A stretch of 64,000 nt of DNA, taken from the NCBI RefSeq assembly GCF_006345805.1, contig NC_042998.1:197036001-197100000 (forward strand). The letters run 5' to 3'. The notes beneath the pieces are model-generated. The model had not been told where the DNA came from and ran no database searches. It saw only the letters and a list, made by a program, of their open reading frames with translations. This DNA is from Octopus sinensis. Its lineage: Eukaryota. The position numbers and the translations under genes are program-made. Shown in pieces: positions 36,975-49,724 of the stretch (position 1 is its first letter; each line of letters begins with the position of its first letter).

Positions 36975-37830
36975 TTGGCTTCAAATTTTGGCACAAAGAC
37001 AGAATTTTGTGAGGAGGGAGTAAGTCGATTACATCGACCCCAGTGTTCAACTGGTACTTATTTTATCGACCCCGAAGGGATGAAAGGCAAAGGCGAACTC
37101 AGCGAAATTTAAACGCAGAACGTAAAATCGGAAGAAATACCTATTTCTTTACTACCCACAAGGGGCTAAACACAGAGGGGACAAACGGATTAAGTTGATT
37201 ATATCGGCCCCAGTGCGTAACTGGTACTTTATTTATCGACCCCGAAAGGATGAAAGGCAAAGTCGACCTCGGTGGAATTTGAACTCAGAACGTAACGGCA
37301 GATGAAATACCGCTAAGCATTTCGGCCAGCGTGCTACCGTTTCTGCCAGCTCGCCGCCTTTAGAAGGACGAAATACCTGTTTCTTTATTACCCACAAGGG
37401 GTTAAACACAGAGGGGACAAAGAAGGACAGACAAACGGATTGTCGATTACATCGATCCCAGTGCGTAACTGGTACTTAATTTAGCGACCCTGAAAGGATG
37501 AAAGGCAAAGTCGACCTCGGCGGAATTTGAACTCAGAACGTAAAGACACGAAATACCGCTAAGCATTTCGCCCGGCGTTGTAATGTTTCTGCCATCTCGC
37601 CACCTTCCCATATATAAAAATATTGGTTTCAAATTTTGGTTCAAAGCCAGCAATTTTGGGGGAGGAGATTACGTCGACCCCCATTGCTCAACTGGTATTT
37701 ATTTTATAGACCCCGAGAGGATGAAAGGCAAAGTCAATCTGGTGGAATTTGAACTCAGAATGTGAAGACGGACGACATGCCACTAAGTATTTTGCCCGGC
37801 GCGCTAATGATTCTGCCAGCTCGCCGCCGT
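36975..37830 (-). mobile_element. Cluster of SINE B copies, old and young tails
   Basis: A young-tail copy starting at 37142 abuts GAAATACC in an old-tail copy; further copies follow. Confidence 0.85.
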
Positions 37831-37912
37831 AATAGCCACGGCCATATTGGAAAGAAGAATGAAAGGCAATGTCGATTTCTGCTGTATTTGAACACAGAAC
37901 ATAAAGAGATGT

Positions 37913-38332
37913 GGATCTTTTCGGTTTGAACGGCAGTTTTTTCTAGCGGTGTCATATGAAATTGTCACCCATAATTATGACCCTAGTATCGATCTATTGC
38001 ATTTCAATCTGTTTTAGGGTTAGGGTTAGGGGTGTGGGGAAGGGTATCTTTTTTTCTTCAGAAATGTAAATAAACCCGATCTGTTTCTTAAACGAGGGAC
38101 ATATTCATACGGCATAGAATGCTTTTTAACTCAACAGACGTCATTGATTGGTTGAAATTGCAGAAATTGAAGAAAAAAAAAACAACAAATATCTTACAAA
38201 CTATAGAATTTTCTCAATAAAGCCAAGAGAAAAAGATGTTTTATAAACACATTCTACCAGTATACGAAGTTTAAAAGTGCTTAGTTACGTTGAAATTATT
38301 TTAAAAAACTGCCGTTCAAACCAAAAAGATCC
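37913..38332 (+). mobile_element. GGATC-TIR MITE with perfect 8-bp TSD
   Basis: AGAGATGT at 37905-37912 and 38333-38340; near-identical to 11837-12249. Confidence 0.92.
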
Positions 38333-39774
38333 AGAGATGTAACTAGATATCCGCAACTACACTCAACTGATTCTGTCATTCACTCCATTCGAGTACTGAT
38401 GGTTTATTCCAGCCAACGAGGAAGCAGTTGTTGTGGCTCGACCTGGTAGAAATACCTGCTAAATTCCCCCCAGATCGCACTCCCCTGTTTTAAATATAGG
38501 ATATATTCGATATTTGTTTTAACTTAGGCGCATGCCAGCAATTTTGAGGGGACGGGATTAGTCGATACAACCCATCTCAATACTTGACTTGTACTTTAGT
38601 CTATCGACCCCGGAGGGAGGAAAAACAAAGTTGATCTCAGCAGGATTCGAACTTGGTATGTAAGGAGTTGGAACAAATACGGCAAGGCGTTTTCCGACGC
38701 TCTTACGATTTTGCCAATCCTCTGCCATAAGGATACATTCGATAATGTACTCTTAGACGTACCCCCACCTCACATAATTATGGGGTGGTAACGGAGAGAA
38801 GACCTCTGATTACATATTTGTTCGTTCTCAAGGCAAAACAACAATAAAGACATCAAACGTCTGATATCATAGAGCGATTCGCTTTACTAATAAACTACAG
38901 CATTCCCAAATCTGAATAGCATTTTGTTTTGTTGAAATAAATGTTTATTTGAAACAAATAAAACGAACCAAACTTAGATGGCGTCTTTTTAACCATCGCC
39001 TCAAGCGTTCCTAATGGAATTCATTTCAATGTTAAGATTTTAAATCATTCTTAACCAGCCATGGCTGTTGCAATGATCTCGTAACTGAAGTTATCTTTCG
39101 CCACATTTCTTTACGAAAAAGAACATCATTAGAGAGCTCTTGGAATCTAAGGTAACGCTCAGTCTTCAATCGAAAGGATTGAATTTTATCTAAAATGTCT
39201 GCCTGCTTGTCTGTCTGTCAGTCTATCTGTCTCTCCCTCTCTTTCTCCACACACACACATTTGTCTTATTGACTAGCAAGTGGCAAACTCGCTACAGATT
39301 GAGCGAACAGCAGAGGAAGAATTCCCATCAGGCAAGTGTTTCGGCTCTTAACTTTCTTCTAAGGGATCGGGGCCCACCTAAGCCATGACTTCTAGGTGCC
39401 CTCCTGCTGTTTTGAAGTGACACCGTCTGTTGGAATTGTACTCGGAATCTAAATGCACTGATTTATTGTCCTTTTATCAGTTAACATAGCCGTCTCTCAT
39501 CTTGTACACGTGATTAATGTCTGGTGCGGTCTTCAACATTTTTATGGCTAAAAATATAGTCGCAACTAAAATCTTCGTAAGTCTCGGTTGGCACTGTTTC
39601 TGGACAATTCACTTCAGTTAGCATATTGATGCCATTCAGAAAAGTATTCCTCCATTTTCTGTGATATTCAGAGAAATAAACTTGTTCCCAGTGAGTCACC
39701 TTCTAGCAAACTAAGTCCAGCATCAACATCACATTAGGGGTTGTGAGTTTTAGTGTAGAAGGATATATCTATCC

Positions 39775-39910
39775 ATCTATCTATCTATCTATCTATCTAT
39801 CTTTTTTACCCCCAAAAGAAAAGCTCTACCTTGTAATTTGTCCTGTCTGTGTGCAGCCCTGTGTGGCTAATAAAGAAACATATCTATCTATCACCTATCT
39901 ATCTATCTAT
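39775..39910 (+). repeat. (TCTA)n tract split by a short Tx1-like 3' end
   Basis: GTCCTGTCTGTGTGCAGCCCTGTGTGGCTAATAAAGAAA lies between two TCTA runs. Confidence 0.6.
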
Positions 39911-40112
39911 ATAATATGAATTAGAGATAAAACCACTATTAGGCAACTCATATATATATAAAAATATAATATTTTTATATATTTATACTGTGAAATTTGA
40001 TTTAATACTAAATCTAATTTTTCCCTGTAAGTTTGGAGCTATACTCCCTAATATTATTATTATTATTATTATTATATAAATACATATACACACACACACA
40101 TATAGACATTTT

Positions 40113-40916
40113 TTTATGCCTTTAACCCTCCAACGCGGAGTATAGGCCACTTATACTTGAATTCCATGTCGCATAATTTTTCGCTTCTGTACTTATACTC
40201 TGCCATGAATGTCCCCCTTTCTCTAGTTCCTTTTGTGTTGATCTACGCCACGAGTTCTCAGGCCTACCCCTCCTTCTATATCCATCCGGTTTCCACTTTA
40301 AAGCACTTTTCGCTACATTTGGTGTCTTTTCTAATTGTGCTACCAATCCAATTCCAATTTTTCTTAAATATTTACTCCCTAATCAAAGCTTCATTTGTTC
40401 TTTGCCATAGCTCCATATTGCTTATGTGTTGGGGCCATCTAATTTTAAGTATACTACACAAGCATCTGTTGATGAATGATTGTATTTGCTTATTTGACTT
40501 AACTGTTGTTCGCCATGTCTCAGCCCCATACAATAACACCGCTTTTACGTTAGTGTTAATAAAAATTGTCATTTTGTTCTTTATTGAAATTACACTTGCG
40601 CTCCACACTTTCTTTAACAGGTGAAAAGCGGTCCTTGCCTTACTTATTATCGTCTTAATATCTTCGTCGGTCCCGCCTGAAAACGTTATCTTACTACCTA
40701 AATACGTAAACTCTGTTACATCCTCTTTTTCACCGGTTTCTTGTTTAATACGTTCGCTGCTTTCTTCATTAACGCGCATAATTTTTGATTTGTCGCGGTT
40801 GACTTTCAATCCTAGTTTGGCAGCCATTGCTTCTAATTTTGACGTTTTATTTTGCATTTGGCTTTATGTTTGTGAAAGCAGCGCTATATCATCTGCAAAG
40901 TCGAGATCTTCTAGAG
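40113..40916 (-). mobile_element. RTE-clade LINE, 3' part (RT domains 5-7 and C-terminus)
   Basis: LEDLDFADDIALLS, FTYLGS, LLYGAETW, ILKIRWP, GYRRRGRP. Confidence 0.9.
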
Positions 40917-43257
40917 CAGTGTTTCCCAACCTTTTTTCCCGGCGCCCCACTTTTTCATAGCAAAAGTTTTTACGCCCCACCTTTTCCCATGTCCACTCAC
41001 ATTTACAAGTACATGTGGGCCTACTTACAATTGAAAAAAAATCAAAAATTAAAAAATTGTATTCAAAATACAAAAAAATAGTTTGAGAATTGAAACAACA
41101 GGCACTGAAAGTGCATAACACCCAATAAATCGATAAAATTATTACGATTTCTCATGTTTTTAAAAAATGTCAATTTATAAAGAATAAAGAAACACGTTTT
41201 TTCAGTTCAATTATTTGACGGTCAGCTCGACTAATTTAGTGAGAACCCTGTGCCTGATGCATACAGCACAAGTTTTTAATTTGAGGAGACAACTTTGTTA
41301 ATTTCAGTCGTAAATCGCCACGTTTTGTAATCTCAAGCCGGTTTCTCTTGGCTTCGAGCAAATTATCAACTGCACTAAAACCACATTCGACCAAATAAGA
41401 CGAAGGGAAAGGAATCAGTAGCTCTCTCGCTGATGTAGAAATTTTAGGATATTTTCTTTCAACCTCGTCATATAGCCACATCTTTGTACCTTTCAATTTA
41501 AACAAAGTCTTCACTGATTCATCATGTTGTAATTCTGATAACTCTTCTTGGTATTGGATTGTAGCATCAGAAACGTTAATCAGAAGCGGTTGAGTTAACC
41601 AAGAAGGAAAATTCATTGCCTTTAAATCGCAAAATCTGTCATTGAAATCCTTTATCAAGATATTTAAATGATCAATAATTACAATGCCAGCATCATTTGT
41701 TATTTCACATTTACTCAACCAGTAAAGTTCACTGAAATTTCTTTTGGAAAATTTATTTTTCCATAATTCGAGAGCTGTAATAAATCCAAAAATCTTTGCT
41801 TTGGCATCAATAAGTGTCATGTTTGCACCTTGAAGTTGTTTATTCAAGTTTCCAAGTTTCTCAAATATGTCTGTCAAATAACTGACAAATGCTTTTCCAT
41901 CCGTTGTTGACAGCAATTTCATTTCAGATTTATCACTAAGAAAGTCGTTAATCTGATCAAATAATTCCATGAACCTCTTTAAGCAGTTTCCACTTGATAG
42001 CCATCTTACTTCTGTATGAAGCAATAATCGAACATGTTCGGCACTTTGATTTATACAAAACTGCTTAAAAAGACGTTCAGATTTAGAATTTCTTTTAATG
42101 CTGTTGACACACTTGATCACACTTTGAAGAATCTTGTTAAGAACAGGGGACAATTTCTTGGCAACCAAGTTTTCTCGGTGTATTACACAATGGACAGTCA
42201 ACATGTTTGGATTTTCATCCTTCATCATTTTTAAGCATCCCGTATTCTTGCCCATCATGGCAGGTGCACCGTCTGCCGCACATGCCAGTAAGTTTTCCTT
42301 TGGTATTTTGTTTGCATCCAAATAATGTTTGATTTTGATGTAAATATCATTTGCAGTTGTGGTGGTTTCAAACGATTAGCAGAACAGCATCTCTTCCTGA
42401 AACTCCTCGTGGTCAATATACCTCACATAAGTCAATAACAGAGCCTCACTGTCCCGGATTGTGGATTCGTCCATTTGTAATGAAAACTTACGCAATTTTA
42501 ATTTCTCAATGAGCTGGCTTTCAACATCTTGCCCCATTTCATCTATTCTGTTCGAGACAGTGTTATTACTGAGTGGCATAGTCCTGATATCTCCATCATC
42601 TTTTTGTAATACAGTTTTTAAGAATATTGAGATAGCAGGTTTAATCAGTTGCTCTCCAATAGTGTGATTCTTTCCATGTTTTGCTATAAGCAAGGAGATT
42701 TCGTAGCTGGCTTCAAGGGCACGAGTATGAGGCGCTTGTTTTGCATGAAATAGTGAAGTGAGTTTTGTTCGGTTTTTTAATTTTTCTTTCAATGATTTGA
42801 AGTATTCCAAATCTAAATTAGAATTATTAGGATGTCTTACCTTTAAGTGCGCTTCCAGCCTACCTGCCTTCATTGACTCATTGCTCATCGTCTGATTACA
42901 TAATAAGCAAAACGGTTTACGCTCATCATGCTCATCAGGAATGAATCCAAACTTCAAAAACTCCACCGCGTATTGACGAGTCTTCTTCTTGTTTGGTTTG
43001 CTCATTTTCAATAGGGCTAACAAAAGACTAATTGAGGCAATTGATTGGCTTATCTGAATAGTAAGTTTATTGCTCAGTGCGGGATCTTCTTTGTCTCGCT
43101 GGGGTGCGAGAGTTTCCGATGTGGAGGCTTCAAAGGAAAGACGGAATCTAAGGTTGTGCCCGCGATGACCGCTCGTCATGTACAAATATTTTCACAGCCC
43201 ACGTCTATGCCCCGCGCCCCACCTGAATTTTCTCAGGCCCCACCTTGGGAATCACTG
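40917..43257 (-). mobile_element. Full-length hAT transposon of the Charlie/Buster group
   Basis: TIRs CAGTGTTTCCCAA / TTGGGAATCACTG; perfect TSD TTCTAGAG at 40909-40916 and 43258-43265; GCCCCAC subterminal motifs. Confidence 0.95.
41236..43005 (-). pseudogene. hAT (Buster/ZBED5/SCAND3-like) transposase, 589 codons with one in-frame TAA at 42376-42378
   Basis: BED-like CLLC..H finger, FSLQMDES, AADGAPAM, HCVIHRENL, EVRWLS, SSYLVECGFS; ORFs 42376-43185 and 41236-42321 are in the same frame. Confidence 0.92.
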
Positions 43258-44471
43258 TTCTAGAGCTTCTGCATCCGTCCATTTAATGCCTGTTTGGCTT
43301 TCAGTCATAGTTTTCTTCATAATCCAATCTATAACTAGTAGAAATAAAAAAGGGAGAAAGTATACAGCCCTGTCGAACTTCTGTTTTTACTTCGAATTTA
43401 TCTGTAGCTCCGTTTCCATGCAAGACTCGGCATGACATTCCTTGGTAAGTTGCTCTTATTATAGATATATACTTGTCTGGTATGCCGTAGTGCTGCATAA
43501 TTTTCCATAAGCCTTCCCTATCTACACTATCAAATGCTTTTTTTAGAGTCAATAAAGTTAATACAAAGCGCTGCATTCCACTCTGCGCTTTGCTCTAAGA
43601 CGATGCGAAGAGTGGCGATTTGATCTCCACATGAACGATTCTTCCTAAACCCGGCTTATTCTTTACGTAACAATTTGTCAACTGCTGTCCTCATCCGCTC
43701 TAAAAGTATCCTGTTAAAAACTTTTCCGGGAGTCGATAATAGCATAATCCCTCTATAATTTCCACAAACGCTTAAATCACCTTTTTTTGGCATTTTTACG
43801 ATGAGTCCCTCTTACCAATCATTGTACACATTTTCTTCCTGCCATATCTTAGAAAATAATGGATGAAACATTTCTACCGCTATTTCTATAGCTGGCTTCA
43901 TTTCTTCAGCTGGAATGTTGTCTACACCTCCCGCTTTCCCATTCTTGAGGGATTGTATAGCCTTTCTTATTTCAAACTTGGACGGTGGGTCAAGGCTGAT
44001 GTTAAGATCTAAATTTCTTGGCACAATGTTGGCTATTGTGTCTGGAGGTAGTCTATTGAGCAAATCTTCAAAATGCTCATTCCATCGATTTTGGGATTTT
44101 TTTGTTGTTCTAGAATTGATCTTAGCATCCGGCCATCCTTCCCTTTTACTGCCTTTTCTACTCTTACTCTCTTCTCCGATAGTAATTCAGTTGCGTTGTA
44201 CAGCTCTTTCGTGTTCTGACGCTGAGCTGCACTTTCTGCTGTCGTTGCTAAATTTTCGAAATATTTTCGCTTGTCGCTTCTTAATTGTTTTTTAACTTCC
44301 TTATTTTGTTGGTTGTAATTTCCCTGACATCTATTTATCTCTGCTTCTAAGCTTGCCGATATTAAATGTTTCCTTTAGCTTCTTTCGTACTTCTATTAGT
44401 GTCTCTTGTGATATCCACGTCTTATTCTTTTTGTTTACACATCCTACGCATTCCAGAGTCAAAGGTTTTTT
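43258..44471 (-). mobile_element. RTE-clade LINE, 5' continuation
   Basis: KNGKAGGVDNIPAE, KKAFDSVDREGLW, VRQGCILSP; rejoins 40113-40916 once the hAT is removed. Confidence 0.9.
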
Positions 44472-44768
44472 GGTACTAGTATCGTAGAGTGGTCCCGGTT
44501 TGCGCAGACGCGCGTCCGCGCTAGCCAGACGTAGGCAGTCGATCCTACGAGCTGACTGGCGCATGCACGATATATACTTGTATATATACGATATATACAA
44601 GTATATATCGTATATATACAAGTATATATCGTATACACGTATGTATCGATACAAGTATATATCGTGCATGCGCCAGTCAGCTCGTAGGATCGACTACCTA
44701 CGTCTGGCTAGCGCGGACGCGCGTCTGCGCGTGTGCGCAAACCGGGACCACTCTACGATACTAGTACC
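44472..44768. mobile_element. Almost fully palindromic MITE related to 10454-10755
   Basis: ~110-bp inverted arms starting GGTACTAGTATCGTAGAGTGGTCCCGG; no TSD visible. Confidence 0.8.
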
Positions 44769-45541
44769 GACATACTGCTAATAAAACTCAGGGGTGCGTT
44801 GCGTACCGTTGCTTAATAAATTTTCATTTATTATGCAACGGTACGCAACGCACTGCTTTGTAAATAAACGACAGATATAAAAAAACATACACTTATACGG
44901 AGTGTGCAACCGGACGGGGAACAGACAGAAGGACCCTGATTCTTCATCAGTTATCAACTAAATGGTTTGAGTATTAACTCAATTTCGCACCATTAATGAA
45001 AAGACTTCAGTTTTAAAGTTTATGACAGTACATGTGCACCATTGTAAGAGGAATTTGCTGTACTAGCTAGGACTCGTTCGAATTTTTGTCTGGAAGTATA
45101 AGCAGAAATCCACAGTACGAACGAGTTTCATATAAGCGACTCCTAATCGGCGCTGAGCTCGCACACGCTCCCCCAACAAGCGCAGCCTCCGCTCGCTCAG
45201 TTCACGTGTTTGTCTCGTAATGGCAGCATCCCTATTGTGTTTTTCTCAGCATTTTTTAATTTTTTAGTTTTGTGCCTTTTTTCTGTTATTTTATGATAAT
45301 TAGTTGTGTTGGCCATGGGTCCTAAGAAGGTTAGGGCAAAAGACAGTACTGTGAAGAAAAAAAAAAGCTGATATGATAGAATTGGAGAAGGAATCATTGA
45401 TTGAGGAATACGTGTAGTGGACATAACACGTCAATGCGACCAAAGTACGCCGACGATCTGCATCGTCCTGAAGAGAAAGGATGAGATCAAGGCCGTTACA
45501 ACAGCAAAGGGTGTTTCTAGGCTCCACGACGCCGTGGTGAT

Positions 45542-45894
45542 CTCATTCTTGCTCACATCATCATAAGCGGAAAGTGTAACCTCTCGAAAGAGCTGTTCTT
45601 CACTCCTGCTCCAGAGCGTCGGCTGCAGGGTCACTCCGAAAAGCTCTATCTGCGACGATTTCATCTCAATCGAAGGAGAGGGGCTTTCTCCGTCCGGGTT
45701 GCGGATCCGTGGAATAAGCTGCCGGACGAGATAGTGAAGATGCCGACGACCGCTCGGTTCAAAGTCTTCCTTGACCACAAGTGGCTTGAACTCTTTACAT
45801 GAACACCACCCTGTACATAACTCCATGTCCCCCTACATGGCCTTGCTTTTTGCTTTTTGAGCCAAAAAATTAACTAACTAACTAACTAACTAAC
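45542..45894 (+). mobile_element. CR1-like LINE 3' fragment with (TAAC)n tail
   Basis: Homologous to 16085-16398; splits the Tigger frame. Confidence 0.85.
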
Positions 45895-46922
45895 ACATCT
45901 GACCACGAAAAGATGGAAGAATTGCTTTTCCTGTGGATCAACGAGAAGCAAGTCGCAGGGGATACGATTACGGAGATCATTGTCTGCAAGAAAGCACAAG
46001 CGCTGTATGGGGAACTCCTGCACAGAACCCTGGAACATCGACGGAGGAGACATTAGCAAACGCATTTAAGGCCAGTCGCGGCTGGTTCGATAGTTTTAAG
46101 AAGAGGACTGGTGTTCCTAGCGTCGTCAGGTATAGAGAAGCAGAGAGTTGTGTCTGACACGAAGGTAGCTGAAGATTTCGTGCGTGAATTCTGTCAGCTC
46201 ATCGCAGCCAAGGGGTACATCGCACAACAGGCATTCAACTATGATAAAACTGGCCTTTTTTGGTAAAAAAAAGGGGGCCCCTAAAAACCTACATAACTGC
46301 AGAGGAGAAGAAAATGCCAGGCCACAAGCCTATGAAAGATTGTCTAACTCTCACCCTTTGTGCCAATGTGAATGGAGACTTGAAGATTAAGCCGCTCTTT
46401 GTCTATCATTCCGAAAAACCCACGAGCGTTCAAGTCGCACAAAATCCTGGAGAAGATGCAGGTCATGTGGAGAGCAAACATTAAGGGCTGAATCACCAGG
46501 CAATTCTGCACCGAGTGGGTCAACCTCATCTTCGGACCAGCAGTGAAAAAGTACCTTCTGGAGAACGATCTTCCTCTCAAGGCCTTCCTCATCCTCGACA
46601 ATGTTCTTGCTCACTCTCCTAACTTTGAAGATGATATCCTGGACGAATTTAAATTCATAAAAGTTCTGTACCTTTCACGCACCTCTCTCCCCCTATCTTG
46701 CAGTCCCTGGACGACCAACAGGTGATTTATAATTTTAAGGAATTGTTACACCAAACACCTCTTTCGTCGATGCTTTGAAGTCACTGAAAATACAAATCTA
46801 ATCCTTCGTGAGTTTTGGAAGGAGCACTACATTATTAACTGTCTGAAAATCGTCAATATGGCCTGGCACTTAGAGGAGCTGACAACAGATGAACTCCTAC
46901 AGCTTCTGGAGCAGCAGCATCC

Positions 46923-47278
46923 GTGGAGGCGCAATGGCCCAATGGTTAGGGCAGCGGACTCGCGGTTTCGATTCCCAGACCGGGCGTTGTGTATGTTTAT
47001 TGAGCGAAAACACCTAAAGCTCCACGAGGCCCCGGCAGGGGGTGGTGGTGACCCCTGTTGTACTCTTTCGCTCCAACTTTCTCTCACTCTTTCTTCCTGT
47101 TTCTTGTCCCCGACTTCCTACGCAACCGCTGAGCCTGGATGCGAATTCATCCATCCGTCGATGCTCTCGATGTCGGGGGTTGACCTGCTTTCTCTTCTGC
47201 GGGTCTTACGAATAGCAAAGGACCACGTTTCGGACTTCTCCCACTACGGACGAAACCGCTTCGCTCAACAAACAAACA
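46923..47278 (+). mobile_element. tRNA-derived SINE family C with (ACAA)n tail
   Basis: GGCGCAATGGCCCAATGGTTAG (A-box-like) and GGTTTCGATTCC (B-box-like); the Tigger frame resumes after it. Confidence 0.75.
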
Positions 47279-47669
47279 AGCGGAAGCATTCAGACGCAGT
47301 GGAAGAGATTGATTCCCTGGAGGAGGACAGTGAAGCGGAGGAGGCTATCTCTACGAGTGACATAAAGGCAGTGTTGGCGAAGTGGGAATATGTTTCTAAA
47401 TTTGTAGAAAAATATCAGCCTGAAGAAGTACCGACAGGTCGTGCAGACTTCTCTTGATATGTTTCTAATGATACGATCTGCAAGTGTGGAAAGTGAAGAA
47501 AGTCTGTCCAAAAAGTTTAAATTAAGCAAAGTGAGAGAGAAAACGCCAGAAATTGTCCTCTTTCCAAACAATAATCCTCAGCCTCTCCACTCCACCGTCT
47601 TTCTCGGGCACAAATCCTCCCATCTTTAAAGTAATTACATATTTCTTTTGTATTCTCTTTTGTTACGAA

Positions 47670-48285
47670 AGGCGGCGAGCTGGCAGAATCGTTAGCATGC
47701 CGGGCGAAATTCGCAGCCGTACTTCGTCTGCCGCTACGTTCTGCGTTCAAATTCCACCGAGTTCGACTTTGCCTTTCATCCTGTCGGGGTCGATAAATTA
47801 AGTACCAGTTACGCACTGGGGTCGATGTAATCGACTTAATCCGTTTGTCTGTCCTTGTTTGTCCCCTCTGCATGTAGCCCCTTGTGGGTAGTAAAGAAAT
47901 ACGTATTTCGTCTGCCGTTACGTTCTGAGTTCAAATTCCGCCGGGGTCGACTTTGCCTTTCATCCTTTCGGGGTCGATAAATTAGTTACCAGTTACGCAC
48001 TGGGGTCGATATAATCGACTTAATCCCTTTGTTTGTCCCCTCTGTGTGTAGCCCCTTGTGGGCAGTAAAGAAATAAGAAACGTTAGCACTCCGGGCGAAA
48101 TGCTTATCGGTATTTCGTCTGTTTTTACTTTATGAGTTCAAATTCCGCCGAGGTCGACTTTACTTTTCATTCTTTTCGGGGTCGATAAATTAAGTACCGG
48201 TTGCGTACTGGAGTCGATCTAATCGATTGTTCCCCCTCGCTGCCCCAAAATTTCGGGCCTTGTTCCCAGAGTAGAAAAGATTTTC
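47670..48285 (+). mobile_element. SINE B array ending in a copy with a third tail type
   Basis: Junctions AAAGAAATA|CGTATTTCG and AAAGAAATA|AGAAACGTTAGC; last tail GGCCTTGTTCCCAGAGTAGAAAAG. Confidence 0.85.
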
Positions 48286-48544
48286 TTTTGTTATGTTTTT
48301 TATAATTGTCATTTTCTTGTAATTGCACCTTTTCTGTTTTAAAACCCATAAAAAATTATTCGTGGGTGGTTTTTGGACGTTGGAACAGATTAATTATATT
48401 TTAATTAATTTCAATGGGGAAAATTGATTTGTAAAACGAGTAAATCGTAAAACGAGTAAATCGTAAAACGAGCTCGGTCATGAAACGAATTAAAATCGAA
48501 CTGCGCGGTATCACTGTATTGATTTTTCCAAAAAATTATTGTGA

Positions 48545-48862
48545 TTTTCGTGGAAGCGCCATCCAACCAAAATGCAAATATATGGGAAACTACCACCTGT
48601 GTCATCTCTTGTGAAAGGTAGGAGAGTCCAGTTTGCTGGACATTGTTGTAGAGTTGAAAAAGAGGTAATTTCTGCTCTTCTCCTCTGGAAGCCATCTACT
48701 CGCAATACCAGAGGGCGCACACTCTCCTACCCTGATGTAATCTCGAGGGATACAGGCATCCAGCAACAGGACCTCCGTAATGACATGATGGACCGTGAAG
48801 TCTGGCGTAGCATGGTAAATTCCATCGTCTCGACCACGGTCGAACAATGATGATGATGATGA
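48545..48862 (+). mobile_element. RTE-clade LINE 3' end with (TGA)n tail
   Basis: RRVQFAGHCCR...RGRTLSYPDVISRDTG...MMDREVWR. Confidence 0.8.
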
Positions 48863-48910
48863 GAATCTTTTAATAAAATCAGAACAAGCTTGTCAAACCG
48901 AAAAAAAAAG

Positions 48911-49078
48911 GCGTAGGAGTGGCTGTGTGGTAATGGTAAGTAGCTTGCTTACGAACCACATGGTTCCGGGTTTAGTCCCACTGCGTGGCACCTTGGGCAA
49001 ATGTCTTCTACTATAGCCTTGGGCCGACCAAAGCCTTGTGAGTGGATTTGGGTAGACGGAAACTGAAAGAAGCCCGTC

Positions 49079-49160
<82 letters not shown>

Positions 49161-49548
49161 ATGTTTGTGTGTCTGTTTGTCCCCCCCCCCACATCGCTTG
49201 ACAACCTATTTCTTTATTACCCACAGGGGGCTAAACATAGAGGGGACAAACAAGGACAGACATAGGTATTAAGTCGATTATATCGACCCCAGTTTGTAAC
49301 TGGTACTTAATTTATCGACCCCGAAAGGATGAAAGGCAAAGTCGACCTCGGCGGAATTTGAACTCAGAACGCAGCGGCAGGCGAAATACGGCTACGCATT
49401 TCGCCCGGCGTGCTAACGTTACGTCCCCGTAACTTAGCGGTTCGGCAAAAAGACACCGATAGAATAAGTCCTGGGGTCGATTTGCTCGACTAAAGGCGGT
49501 GCTTCAGTATGGCCGCAGTCAAATGACTGAAACAAGTAAAAGAGCAAA
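48911..49548 (+). mobile_element. SINE A interrupted by an antisense SINE B (49207-49420)
   Basis: SINE A breaks at GACAACC|TATTTCTTT and resumes at ACGTCCCCGTAAC. Confidence 0.85.
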
Positions 49549-49724
49549 GAGTGTATTTAGTATATAGAATGCTCCTGTAAGATATTTTCTCTCAACATTA
49601 TTGTTGATATCATTCAAGATGTACTAGCGTGACCATCCCACCTATAGGTTTGTGTCAGCTCGAGGTTAGTTATGATCACGCAGAAGTGATCAAAGTGTTC
49701 TAGTCATCACCGTTATCCTATGAT

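Larger units (their letters stand above)
45315..48516 (+). mobile_element. Tigger/pogo transposon remnant carrying nested CR1, SINE C and SINE B insertions
   Basis: MGPKK, LWINEKQVAG, FKASRGWFDSFKKR, FNYDKTGLFW, LILDNVLAH, DQQVIYNFK; right end GGTATCACTG|TA. Left TIR not found. Confidence 0.85.

Noticed and set aside
39300-39710. Possible piggyBac transposase fragment (KDNKSVHL)
   Set aside because: Only one weak motif; not supportable without a search.
46923-46985. tRNA gene
   Set aside because: The anticodon arm is missing and it continues into a SINE body; the SINE A and B heads are likewise tRNA-derived, not tRNA genes.
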